64,000 nucleotides of DNA from positions 235,069 to 299,068 of the forward strand of contig NW_004797484.1 in the NCBI RefSeq assembly GCF_000002075.1, given 5' to 3'. The notes under the pieces are model-generated. The model did not search any database and had not been told where the DNA came from. It was given only the letters and a program-made list of their open reading frames with translations. Every line of letters begins with the position of its first letter. Position 1 is the stretch's first letter. Origin of the DNA: Aplysia californica. Lineage: Eukaryota. Shown piece after piece: positions 25,335 through 38,700 of the stretch. Made by a program: the position numbers and the translations under genes.

Positions 25335-28220
25335 CTCTGTAAAGTTTATGGCTATATTTATGAATCAGAAAATCTACCAAGAACTCTAAACGAAACGGCA
25401 ATAATAATAAGTAGGGTGGTTCGAAGTACCCTCAACTTCTTCTGAGCAAGTTAATGTTTGTGTACATTGACAACAAGTAGAAGTACAAATTTTCCTTCTT
25501 TGGAAAAAGATTTCGTTTACTCCAAACGTGATTGAGTTATGTCGTTATGAGAATATAGCTGGATTTTATCAACATTTTCTAATGATTTGATTTGCTGTAT
25601 TCGATAATTACAGTTAAAGATGCTTAGAAAATTGATATAATAACATCTTTGTGTTATTAAGCGATATTAATATTTTACGACATTTAAAATTTGGCTTGCA
25701 TCCTGCTCTCGTACACACAGCAAAGAGTGATGCACCTTTCCTTTCATCATCATTGGTATTGATGGTCCAATGCTGGTAGATTTAGTTAGTCCCTATTGAG
25801 TTTAGGGTGCTGTAACTCTGAAGTGTAACCATTGGTTCTTGACAGCCACATTAGCAGTAGTGGATCTAGAATTTAGTTGTTTTGTTCGTTTATTTTGTTT
25901 TAATTCGTATGAAAGTGAATATAAACTGAAATGTAAATCTGAGTCAGCAAGGCCTTGCCGTTTACAGCCACCGTACGCTGGTCGGTAATAGCTCTACCTA
26001 CTCTTGAATTAAGAAACATCCTCAACCACAGAGTGGACGAGACAAGACTGGGAATCCTCCCCAAGACTGTCTTTCCAGTTTTGGATCAGGTCAGATGGAG
26101 ATCTAGGTTTTGGATCTAAGAAGCAAGTAGATCAGAACGCTGATGAGTTCTGCTGATTGCTAACACTGCTGAGACTGGAACAGCGGAAGCTACAATTTAC
26201 GGAAGGTAAAGTACTGCTGAAGGTTGGGAAGGAATCTTTCTAGAATATAGATTTTAGAATCTAGATTTAGATCTAGAATCTAGATCTAGATCTAGGCTAT
26301 GTTAAACTAATAACGAATAATTTTGTGAGTTAAATTCTAGATTCTATGTCAGGGAGGACTTCCGTAACGAGCGACCACTATGATGAGACAGAGCAGAATT
26401 GAGGGCTTGGGGCAGGGGTAGGGTTAGGTCTAGGCCTCTTCTTTATTGTGTTTGATGGGGTGGTCGCTCGTTACTGAAGTCCTTCCCTCTATATCATATT
26501 GAAATTAAGTATATCAATCAGCTGAGATGCAGAGTTTTTGTGGTAGCGTTTATTGCGACAGAGTGACGCTGTGACAACCAACATGGCGTTTTGAGACACA
26601 GTGACTCTGTGATAATTAGATATCTAACTCTTGTCCTGCATCTGTGCCGAGATGCGAATCTTATCAGCAACCGATTACGTCGGACGTGCCGGGTAGGTCG
26701 CCGGGGTCACTCAGTGTGTACTGTTGGTGTACAGCGCGCGCCTGGAAACGTGTGTTTTCGCCATGAATACCGCGGGAGTGTGTTAACCGATGATGAAAAT
26801 AATGCTCTATCTTTTCATAGCTTTCTATTTATAAAGTGTTACAACTTACAAACACACGAATAACCCCCTCTCACAAGCTGATAAAAGACATTACAAGTAG
26901 TTTACGCCCATTCGAACCTTTCTGGACGCTCTTGTTGCTATGAATGACCTGAGGTTCGAAAGGGGATAATATAGGTCAATTTCCAAATGTTTTACACTCA
27001 AATTGTATTGTTCTTTGTACCTGCACTTTGGTATTCAAAACTATCAAACAAGCTCATTTTTTATCAGGTAAAATAGCTAGTATCATTTCATACAAAATCA
27101 AGCTCATTTAAAAGATTTTGTATAGAAAAATGGAAGTCTTGTTTCCTGACTATCCTTTCAAGCTCCTCATGGCTAAGTGGGTAAATTTTTCTATAATTTC
27201 ATTGGACGAACATCTAGAGCTGCCAACTTGGCATGTTTTGAATGAGACAACATATGCCTCGATTACGAACCAACGCAGGCGATTCTAGAAGAAGGCCACA
27301 AACTCAAGCAGACTGACGCACACACACTTGACCTACATGAATGGGGATCCGACTCGGGACCCGAATACACGTAAAATGATGCGCGCTGCGCGAGCGCTGA
27401 GCCAGGGTCTACACTGATTCAGGACCAGAACGCTGACGGGGTGCCGAAATAGGCTTTTCGAACAACATAAACCCGGCTCCCGCAGGACGAGGGTTAAAAT
27501 CCAAAGTGATAAAGACATCGAAAAAGTGATAGCAGGACTAGATTCTGCACTAAAAATCACATGAAGATGCCAAAGTTTCATTCATATGCTCCAATTCATC
27601 ACGACTTATGAACAGTTTTTCCTCAAAATAAATCATGACATACATGGTATGTCCCACATTTTGGCGATATTTTCCTATATGAAGGTCCTCCAACATTTTG
27701 CCATTTATCAATGGATTTTTAAAAATTAAAAACCATTGTTCTTAGAATTTACTCTTCTTTTCATTTAAGCCCATTTTTAAGCGATTTGGATGAATATTTA
27801 ATTTTTCATTGTCATTGCCACAAGCATGTGCGGTGTGCGTTTGAGCGTGAGAGTGTGTGTGTGTGTGTGAGTGAATATATATGTGCAATTTTCACATTTT
27901 GTGCGTGTGTGTGTGAGACAGGGTGTGTGAGTGTGCATGTGTGTTTTTCTTTTTATTTAACTTCTTTTTTTGTCAAAGACTCACTCTGTCGTAATTACCC
28001 CATTAACCCTCCTCCTGCGGGAGCCAGGTTTATGTCGCCCGATAAGCCTGTTTCGGCACCTCGCCTACGTTCTGGTCCCGAATCAGTGTAGCCCATGGCT
28101 CAGCGCAGGCGCAGCACGCATCATGTTACGTGTCATTCGGGTCCCGAGTCGAATCCCCATTCACGCAGGTCAAGTGTGAGTGCGTCAGTCTGCTTGAATT
28201 TGTGTGCGTTTGTGGCTTAT

Positions 28221-28256
<36 letters not shown>

Positions 28257-28364
28257 CAAATTAACAAACAATGACAGTTGCACAGCTCTTTTCTTGTTGT
28301 TGTTGTTGCCCCTAGTGGTACTTGTTGCTGTTGTATGCTGCTGATGTTTTGTTGTAATATTTAA

Positions 28365-28713
28365 TATTATAATAATTGCATTTTTATATAGCGCATATCC
28401 ACGCTCAAGAGCATGCTCTATGCGCTTTACAACTATTATTACCCCAGCAGACCCTCTGAGAACACTCAGAAACATACTCAGCTTCCGCGGAAGCATACAG
28501 TGCAAGCTGCGGATTTCACGCGCTCAAACACTATCAAACTGACAAGATCGTTCACCGTCTATAGCCGGGTACCCATTTCCACCTTGGTGAAGTGAGGAAA
28601 ATTTGTGCAAAGTGCCTTTCCCAAGGACACAACGTCGGGCCCCTGACGGGATTCGAACCCACGACCTTACGGTTGCGAGTCCGAGAGCCTAACCACTAGG
28701 CCACCGATGCCAC
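28365..28713 (-). mobile_element. SINE family B
   Basis: near-identical to 20453-20806. Confidence 0.88.
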
Positions 28714-29139
28714 TGTTGCCTCAATATTTGGGCTGTCTATAATGTGTACAGATAAAGTCAACTCTACTGTACAGAAAGTCTTTGTGGATTTTTGCCACAC
28801 TCTTTAAGCATTCTCAACTGTTTCTGATGATTTTTTCTTATTATAAGGCAACAGAATTTTTGTTCATCTTTAAATTTAGCAAAACTTTGTCAAATTCGTG
28901 GTGAGATTTAAATGCCTGCTCTAGAAAGCCTTCATTTTCAAGCGGAGATTAGATAAAACTAGTACCATGCTGGGATGCGAAGCAGAAATGATAGATCTAG
29001 ATGATGTTAGATTCTAATCATCAACGTAAAAGAGCTCCATGTTCACTCTGTCTCAATTAACGCTGCGTTAGTTGTCACACGGTCATTCTGTCGCAATTAA
29101 CACTACCTTTTTTTTATTTTTATGTGTACCGATTTAGGT

Positions 29140-29548
29140 CTGGCCAGGCAGTGGTGTAGTGAAATGTCCAGACTTGGAAAGAAGGCTATTGAAGTTGGTT
29201 GAAGGAATAATTTCCAGACATTCGAACTATGAAAAACGTTGATCAAAGGCACAAAAATGTAAATTTGCAGTTTTCAAGTAGGCTATATTCAAGCCTTTGG
29301 AAACTCCAGACGTTGGCAGCCGTTTTCTCTCTAGTTTTACCTTTGACACCAGCAAACCCACCTTCTTTAATTAATATAAAATTGCTATATATATCTTGAC
29401 TTTTCTGTTCAAGACGAGATGCATATTATTTTCTTCTAAAGCAAGACAAATAAACATATATATGTTTTAATAACATCAATAAACATTTAAATATAACTCC
29501 ATATCCCCAAAATTTGACAAGAGCCTAATTCCACCTTGTCATGACCCA
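29140..29548. mobile_element. MITE M1 highly diverged copy just upstream of USP coding exon 1
   Basis: aaaacgttgatcaaaggcacaaaaatgtaaat and ttgacaagagcctaattccacc blocks shared with the family. Confidence 0.65.
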
Positions 29549-29623
29549 TTATCTCTTTTTTGCTTCCAGACCTAAGACAGCCTAATGAGAGTTTTGGAGA
29601 CTGATCCGTCTATTTCCTACAAA

Positions 29624-29702
29624 ATGGGTAAGAACAGAAGGCACCGGATACGCAAAGCGAAGGAGAATGATGCTGAAGATTCGAGTGATGATGGAGGACA
29701 AG
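29624..29702 (+). CDS. USP16/45: USP16/45 coding exon 1 ([26 protein letters not shown])
   Basis: aaaATGg start; acceptor ttccag at 29569 upstream (UTR part); donor G|gttagt, phase 1 matches next exon. Confidence 0.85.
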
Positions 29703-32700
29703 GTTAGTAGAGGATATTTTATTGATTTATGTTATATGATGTTCGTTTGCACTTACTTAAAAGTTATTCATCTCTGTTCTCAGGTACCTATGTTATTTAT
29801 GTGTTCTCAGGTACCTATGTTATTTGTGTGTTCTCAGATGCCTATGTTATTTGTGTGTTCTCAGGTACCTATGTTATTCATGTGTTCTCAGGTACCTATG
29901 TTATATATATATGTGTGTTCTCAGGTACCTATGTTATTCATGTGTTCTCAGGTGCCTATGTTATTTGTGTGTTTTCAGGTACCTATGTCAAACGTGATTT
30001 CGTGTTGTTGATGAAATAAATTACATACTAAGTTCAGAACAAAGACTGTTGAAGTTATTAATAATACGAAATCACGAATTACAAAGGTACCTGAGAATAC
30101 ACAATAACAAGTGCAAATAAACATGCATGTATATATATATATACATATAACATAAATCAATTGAATATCCACTAGTTAGAGATTTTTCTACGTATTCGAG
30201 GGTTGATATTCAGTTAACACATCTGTCAGATTATATTATTTGTCGTTTCTATGAGCTGTGAGTGGTATACATACTTTAAAGTAATCTTACTCATTGAAAA
30301 GACTGTCATATGATGTCGTTTCCTCTGTGGTTTTTTAAAAAACTTTTTGTAGGGTCAGTTTCCTTAAAATTGAAAAGAAGTCCGACAGCAGTACTTTGTA
30401 ATTTTCTTTGAGCCTCAAAAGTGATTGGCAGGAGGTTCATGCAACAATGACAAGTTTTGCATTTTTTTCTTACCTCATAGAGATTTATTAATTAATTTAT
30501 TTTTTATTTTTTTGGTCCTCAGGATGTCCTCATGTGACAAAAGCAGTCAACTTGGCAGCGATGAGAAAGACAGTTTTGAAATTAACTACTTCCTTGGGTG
30601 AATGCACAGTGAGTGATGTTTGCTTTTTTTGCCCCATCTTATTCTCAAGGAACTCGCAAGGAATACAGAAATTGTGTGAAATGTTTGTTTTAAAGAAATG
30701 TTTTTTATTTTCAACTCACTGAATGTTTTATTTTCTGTGATATTCTCAGATATAGTTACTGAACATTTATTTCTATATTATGATGATCAATAAAAAGTAT
30801 TTGTTTGAAATGTTTTCATGTAAACTTAACCATGATATTTGTAGAAATGCTGTTTGAAGAGGACATTTTTTTTTATATGCCAAGGTATACCATGTATATA
30901 TATAATGTTTGGAGTAGAACATTTCTGTGTTTTGTTATGTTATGGTGGATTTAATTTCTTTGTTGATTTTTTCTTTTTTACAAGAAAACTTGTGGGTGGT
31001 TGCCGGGCGCTCTGGTGTAGTTTGCTCCTTCTTTCCTATCAAACATCTATCTTCCTGATCTCTCCTTCTCTTCTGTGTTTGATACTCTATTGTAACACCT
31101 CTAATCTTTGGCACTTATATGATTTTATTGTATTGCAACTCTTACGAAAACAAGAAAACTTACAAGTACATTTTTCTTCCTTTGCTGCTGTGTGTCTGAC
31201 AGCTGTGTAGCAAGGAGGCACCGAAAGCGGCGTCCAGAGATTTATTCGGAGGTTTGATAGAAGGGCCTGTCCCAGCCGCCGCAGAGGATGACGAGGCAGA
31301 GGTGATGGAGACCACTGTATGTATCTGCCTGCAGTGTGGACATCAGGTAAGTCCAATCTGTACTTTTGGCGTCACTCTGTAAGTATGTTGGTGGTTAGTG
31401 GCCGCTCTGGTGTCATTTGCTCCTTTTTTCCTCTGTCAAACGTCTTATCTTCCTTTAAATCTCTCCTTCTTTTCTTTGTATATCACTCTCCAGTACAACC
31501 TCTAAATCTTCATTACTGACATGACCTATTTGTGTGTTGCAAGTGCCGTAAAATTCTTATAAAAACTAAACTAGAACTAAAAGAGCTTGTAGGTACTTAT
31601 TCAGATATTTCTTAGTCAAGTTGCTAACATGGGTGTCTTGGAGTCATAAAACCGGGGGTTCAGTTCCTAGCTCCCTTAAGTAGGATAGTGTATCCTTTGG
31701 CAATGTGCTTTTAATTATTTTTTCTTAGCTGACCCTATATCGATGGGCTTTAGACTATTGACAGAAGGTGGGATATGATATGCTGAACAGACTTCACATG
31801 GAATGTTCTTTCTGGGTCAAAGGTCGATAATTGGAATGTACAGGAATTAAACTGACTGGCAAAAGGAGCAATTTTTGCGAAGCTAAATGAGCCCTTTTGC
31901 CAGACCATACAGCCTGAGAAATGATATCACATTGTCTTTCACTTTTTAAAATATGGGCCACTGTCTGTCTTATCTTTTGATTTTCTCTTTGTTGTTTTAT
32001 GTTTTAGCATAGCACGCTGGGGAGAAAGTTGTTTTAGCATGCTGGGGAGAAAGTTGTTTTAGCACGCTGGGGAGAAAGTTGTTTTAGCACGCTGGGGAGA
32101 AAGTTGTTTTAGCATGCTGGGGAGAAAGTTGTTTTAGCATGCTGGGGAGAAAGTTGCAGCATAAATTCGTTAGGAGTTGAAATTACAAAAGAAAAAAATG
32201 CTCTCCTGTAGGAGTAGCGCTTAAATAAAGCTAAGACTTACCTCTTGAGTTATTGTGAGTTGAACTGCTCGCCTCTCGGTCTTGATTTTTACTCACTATC
32301 ACTCTCGCGGAGAGTGACGTCCCTTGTCCTTGTGAGGTCAATGCGATCGTACTCGTAGTGCTTCGCATTTCGCATAATCCCACACTAAAGTAAAGGTTTC
32401 CAAATTGGTGTAGTTTGCTGCTAGCATGTGATCTTTTGATTGAAGATACCAATACTTATGTGCTTATTTGTCAACCCCTTTTGTTTCCTCAGGGCTGTGA
32501 CAGAAATTCAGTCAACAGACATGCCTTGAAGCATTATAAAACCCCTCATTCTAGTCTACACAGTATCATTGTTAATCTAACCAACTGGTCCACATGGTAA
32601 GTGGGAAATACGTTTGAATCATCTTTTTAAAGTTGCTGTACCTCTGAGATCATTTTTAATAAGTCATGAAGATTTTGAGTTTTGTTCCTAACTCCTGGAA

Positions 32701-35700
32701 AATTACTTTGGATTGGTTACACCTTGTCAGTTGCTTTGAAAAGTAATTGACAGGTTGATTTTGTTCCTTCTCATACCTACTGGGGATTTTCAAAAGTCAT
32801 GAATAACGTGCCATAATTAGAAACAAAACCATATCAAATTTCTTACCTATTTTTATAAGTTACAGTAAGCATTTCATGGATTGGAAATAGTAGCATTAAA
32901 ATACTCAACTAGAGAATATAGTCCAGTGCATTTGTCCCAAAAATACGCGGCTATTTGCATGTTTCTTTTTGTCCAAGTTTAAAGCCGTGCAACATAATGC
33001 TTTGTTGTTTTTTTTGTTTCCTTTTTCTTGTGCAACCCAGCTTGTATCAGTACCATGGGAATGATGTCTTTCATCTTAGTATTACGATGAGAAAGAATAT
33101 TGATAGTTATTGAAGAGTGCTTTTTGTTGTCCAATGAAATAGTAAAAATGCAAGTTAAGCTAAATTTCTAGTTTTAAAAACCTGCTTTTGTCTGTGATGC
33201 CTGACCTTGCAGGTGTTATATGTGTGATGAAGAGGTACCCCCAGGCCCTCGGATCCAAGGATGTATCGACTTCTTGCACAAACAGAGTGGTCTTGCAAAG
33301 CCAGAACCTTTATTACCAATGGGTAAGATACTAATAGTCTTTTTTTTAGGTGGTGGTGTTTATTTTGTGGTGTGCAGCTGTAGTTGCATATTTTGATCAT
33401 TTATGGGGAAAAAGAATAGGTATAGTCTCCTCTCAACTTGGGGCTCCTCAGAAAGCGAAACTTGACCTGTTATCAGAAATTGTACTTATTTTAGACTATT
33501 TCCACACAGAGTAACCTTTGTTTTGACTCTCAGAAAGTGAGTTGAGTACCTTGGCATATGGGTTCATCATTTTTTTTTTCTTTCTTGTACAAAAAATATG
33601 CACCTGCTTTATGAAGGATGTGCAAAGAAATGCTCAAATGTGTTCAATTGTTTAAGATGTTTAAAGAAAAGCACATATTTATCTGTATGTGATTGAAAGG
33701 TACCACTAGTAAGTCTGACTTCTTCTTTTTTTCCACTCTACTTTCTGTCTATCTTGCTGTTTCCTTCATTATGTGACTCAAATTTTGCTGATCTGCATCT
33801 CTTTTCTCAAAGCAAACAAACTAAGGTTTTATCAACCCTTTTCTCAAGCAGGTCGAACCCCCGACAGTCCAATGGCAGAAGCTGCCCCAGCCATGAACGG
33901 TCCTTCTTCAAAGAGCTCTGGATCATGTGTGAAAGTCAAGGTAGGGCGTGAATTGTATGAAAGGAAAGCTCAAACAAAATGTCTTTTTGTGGTATCAATT
34001 TCGTTTGAATATCTCACAAATAGCTATGATGTTGTCTAGTTATTATGAACTGCTGCATCAAAATGGTCTTGGTTTGCTTTATAAAGGGTATGTTTCTTCA
34101 TTATGTGAATCTCCTTTTGGGGTGAAAATATTTTTGGCGTTGAATTGTTTTAAAATTTAAAATTAAAATTTTTTTGCATTTGTCTCTTTTGTTCATTGTA
34201 TTAAAATAATACATAACTGTTCTGTCAAATGAACATTAAGCTGTTCTAATGTATCAATCAACTGAAGTCTTGGTGTTTGATTCTGGTGTTGGACATGTTC
34301 CAATCTCTAGTTGAAAAAATGTGAATCAGAATTTCACTCTGGTAGAATTTGTTGAGCCCTACTGCCTCTTTTATGGCAACTTCACATCGACGGTTTTGAT
34401 TTCTCGACAGGGCCTGAGCAACTTGGGAAACACCTGTTTCTTCAATGCGGTTATGCAGGTATGCCACTTGTTCGTCATATTTTTTAAAAATTGTTTGTTT
34501 TATTAAAACATCTAGCTCTCACTGGCAAAATTGAGGGCAAGCGAGACAGGGGTAGGCCCAGAACAACATACTTAGGGAACCTAAACAAATGGGTAACAGG
34601 GAAAGATCAGGGAAACGTAGCTTTTCTGAGAGCATCCGAGCAAAGGAATGAATGGAAAATCATGATCGCCGATGTCTGTCGCAGATCTGGCACTGGATGA
34701 TGATGTTGTTTTATTTAAAAAGTTTTCCATTGTGTACATATACGGTTTCTAATGATGCATTTGATCTGTGGGTTTACTTTGTTTGTTTGTTTTGGTACAG
34801 TGTTTTACGGCGCTCGCAACTGCATACGGTCATATGAGCGCGCAGGACACACCTAATATTTTCAGTTAGTAGGAAATTTTGAATTTTGCTCGGGTGGCGG
34901 CCGAAGCCTACTCTTATCGATTTTAGACCACCAAAGGATCTTTAACGTGCGTAACTTGCACACGTGCCCTCCGAGATTTTTTCGCCCTTGTCCGAGAAGG
35001 CTAGGTGTAAATCTTTCCTACCAGAAGATCAGGGGTGTGGCTGAAAGACAGCAGTAAGAAGAAGCGAAGGAGTAGCAGTAGAAAGGCTGCAGAAAGAATC
35101 AGGAGCCCAGAGGAAGGGACAAAGGAGGTGTGGGGGTGGGGGCAGAAGGAGGAGACGAAAGCAGACGACAGAACATTGCTAGAGAGCAGGAAATGAGGTG
35201 AAAGGAGACAAATTTAGAGAAGAAAATTTTTCTGTCGCTACCCGGATTCGAACCCGGGACCGTTTGAGTGAGAGGCCAACACCGTAACCTCTAGGCCACG
35301 AGAGCCCCCGGGTTTACTTAAAAAAATATATATATTATAAAGTCTGCATATAAATAATAGATCAAAGTCATAAATGTCTTAAGATTTTTATGTCAAGGAA
35401 GTTGCGTGCCTTGTTCATTATTCAGTATGTCTTAAAATAATATTATAAAAGACATAAGTTTGGGTACAAACTACTTACCCCCTGGGGGCCATGTGCAAAA
35501 ATAAAATTTCAAGTTATTAGTATTCTTATTAGTGGTTGGTGGGTGCTCTGGTGTGTGGTTTGCTCCTTCTTTCCTATCAAATATCCATTTTCTTTATCTC
35601 TCCTTCTTTTTTGTGTTTGTTACTCTCTCGCAACACCTCTTTAATCTTCGGCACTTATATGACCTTATTGTGTTGCAAGTTCCGTAAAACACTTACTAAA

Positions 35701-38700
35701 ACTATACTATTATTTTTTTTAACAATTATTTTGGAGGTGGTAAACCATTAACGCTTTGCTGTCTCGTCTCACTGATCGGCGATGTTTACCACCCATTTTC
35801 TTTAGTTTTTCCACAAAAGGCATTTGCCTTTGATGGCAAGGGTTTTTGCTATAGGAGTCTTGTGATGGCAAAGTGTTAAACAATCAATTCTCGTTTCTCC
35901 CTCAGAGCATCTCGCAGACACGTGGCCTGGAGAGCCTCCTGGTGGACTGGAGCAAGCACGGCAAGCTGTGCACCATCCTGGGCCCCGAGCCGGCCGTCGA
36001 CAGTGACTGCAGCTCCAGCGACGAGGAGAGAGACGATGAGGCTGCGGAGAAGAAACCATTGGTGAGAGTCTTCTTCTTTTTCTTCTTTTCGACCGGAGTC
36101 TTCTTCTTTTTCTTNNNNNNNNNNNNNNNNNNNNNNNNNNNNNNNNNNNNNNNNNNNNNNNNNNNNNNNNNNNNNNNNNNNNNNNNNNNNNNNNNNNNNN
36201 NNNNNNNNNNNNNNNNNNNNNNNNNNNNNNNNNNNNNNNNNNACTTGGAGTGCAGTTGCTGTCCTATACTGGGCCCTCCTTCTCAGTTCCTCTGTCGTCC
36301 CGTGCAACGTTTTTTTGTAGTGTCATTGGGGGTTGGCCACGTTTCCTGTCTCAGGGTCCTGTGTGTCTTGCACTGCTGAAGGATGCGCTCCACAGTAGTG
36401 ATGGTGTTATGCTCTGACTGTAACTGGTTTCTTGAGCATATTTCAGCTCGCAGGCAAAAAAAAGGTTATCAGATGAAAATTCTTTTCTACATAGTGATTG
36501 CAGTGTCTTGCAGGTTGCCAGAACTCGAGGTTCAACATATTCTGTCTTCCATTGTCTTTTAAGGCCTCATGTCACTCTTTCATGTTTGACCAGTGTAAAT
36601 TACTGGCTGTCTATCGTGCATTTGAATCATGATTCAATTTTGTTACTAGGGCAAAACTCCCCCAGCTGTTTTGTAGATGATGTGAATACTTCAATTCTCA
36701 AAAAAATATAATGTCTCTCTTTTCCAGCCAAGTATTCAGACAACGTATCAGGATGCTGGACCTATCACAGTCGCTCTACTCAACTTTTTGCAAGAGATGA
36801 AGGGAGGAACCACGAGGAATGGCACTGTGAACCCTAATGCCCTGTTCACGCAAGTCTGTAAAAAGTAAGAGATTAAAGATTTCACAATAAGAGGTTAGAG
36901 ATTTTTACTAGTACAAAATGAGAGGTCAAAGGTTGTACTGGTAAAATGAAACAATAAGAGGTTAGAGATTTTTACTAGTACAAAGTGAGAGGTCAAAGGT
37001 TGTACTGGTAAAATGTAAGATGTTTAAAATTGTATTTCTGAAAAATAAGAGATTCTACTGTAATAGTAGTAGTAAGAGATCTACAGGTCAGCAATGTTAC
37101 TACTGATGAAAATAAGATTTTACTGATAAAAACGTCAACGGTCAAGGACATAACTAGTTATTCTGTTTTTACTTATTTAGTTACCTACCTTTGTGATCAT
37201 TTGGTATGAGAGTATGTTGAAAGGTGCATTTTGAATTCCCATATATGCCGTTATTCTGAATCTTTTTCTTCCATTTTCACCAGAGCCCCGAGGTTCAAAG
37301 GTTTCCAACAACAGGACAGCCATGAGCTGTTGAGGTATCTCATCGACTGCATCCGGATGGAAGAAATTAAGGCAAGGCAGAGTTTGTTATTGACCCTTTG
37401 CATTCTGGTTTCATGCATTGTGCACTGTTAAAAAGTTGTTGGGGGGGGGGGGGGGGGGGGGTCCAGTCGTCTGCCAATTAAACCCCCCAAAAAATTATTT
37501 TTTTTAACATCATTTCCTCATGTATGTTTGAGCTCTATGAAGTTTTCAGGCAGGATTGACGTTTGTTGTCAAAAGCTTGAAAGAAATTTTACAAATATTT
37601 TTGGCCATCATTTTGATTTTCTAATTCTATTTTAATCATTTGTGTTCAAGTACGAGTGGTAATATTTGCAAAACGTTAAGCATTATGATAATGAAATGTC
37701 TTGGAATTTATTCACCCACATTACTTGTGGGTGGTTGGCAGGTGCTCTGATGTGGTTTGTTTCTTCTTTCCTATGAAACATCTATCGTCCTTATCTCCCC
37801 TTCTTCTTTTTTATGTTTGTTACTCTCTTGTAACACCTCTTATCTTCTGGCGCTCATATGACCTTATGCAGTTGTGAGCGCCATAAAACCTCTACTAAAA
37901 CTTTTTGAAACCACATAACTTGTACGATTATGTTAATTGTTCATGGCATGTCTTGTCTGTGTCATTTGTACTCAGAATGTGGAGTGTCTTTTTATTTTTG
38001 TAACATGTTTGATGTCATTGGCTTTGTTTCAACTCAAATGTTTCTCTTAGTTGAGTGAGGTGGCTGTTTTATAAAACCAGAAAAGTTTCTTAAAATAAAT
38101 TTTCTTTTTCTGTCAACAGAGGGGTCAATCATCCATTCTAAAATTTTTCAAACTACCAGACACGATACATCCAAAGAAAGTTGATGAAGAGACGAAATTG
38201 AAAGTGAAAGGTATGTACAATTTTTCATAATGTTGTTGGATGTATTATAAAAGTTTGTTATTAGAAATTGTAGTGTTTACATCAGACTAATTGCAAAAGG
38301 CTGTGGAAAATCTCTTGGATTTCAGTTACTGTGCAAGAGGGTAGAGGTGGGCAAAATCCGGATAATCTATAAGGATAACCGGATACTTCTCAATGAAACA
38401 TTATCCGAATTCAGACTCTTAAACTCTCTTTCCTGGCTCGTTTGCCGAAGTGGGTGCACCCATGTGTTGAAGTAATGCTAACCTGTTTGTCGAAGTGGTT
38501 CTAACCCATTTACCGAAGCGGTTCATATCATATTGTTTGCCGAAGAGGTGCACTAACATGGTATTCGGATTTTGCTAAAGCGACTCATTGCCCAGCCCTA
38601 CAAGAGGGCTCATTTTGTAGGGCCTGTTTTTTACTCTCCCAGAATTTGCAGTGATTTGAATGTAGAATGAATGTATGTGTGTGTGTCATTGTTTGTCAGT

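Noticed and set aside
29667-30019. Repetitive ORFs (CSQVPMLF)n and similar (MQTCTC)n at 63089-63189 and (CV)n ORFs
   Set aside because: Translations of intronic mini- and microsatellites
32010-32156. CRISPR-like regular repeats (also 29773, 54240, 63089)
   Set aside because: Head-to-tail units with no unique spacers, eukaryotic introns, no cas genes
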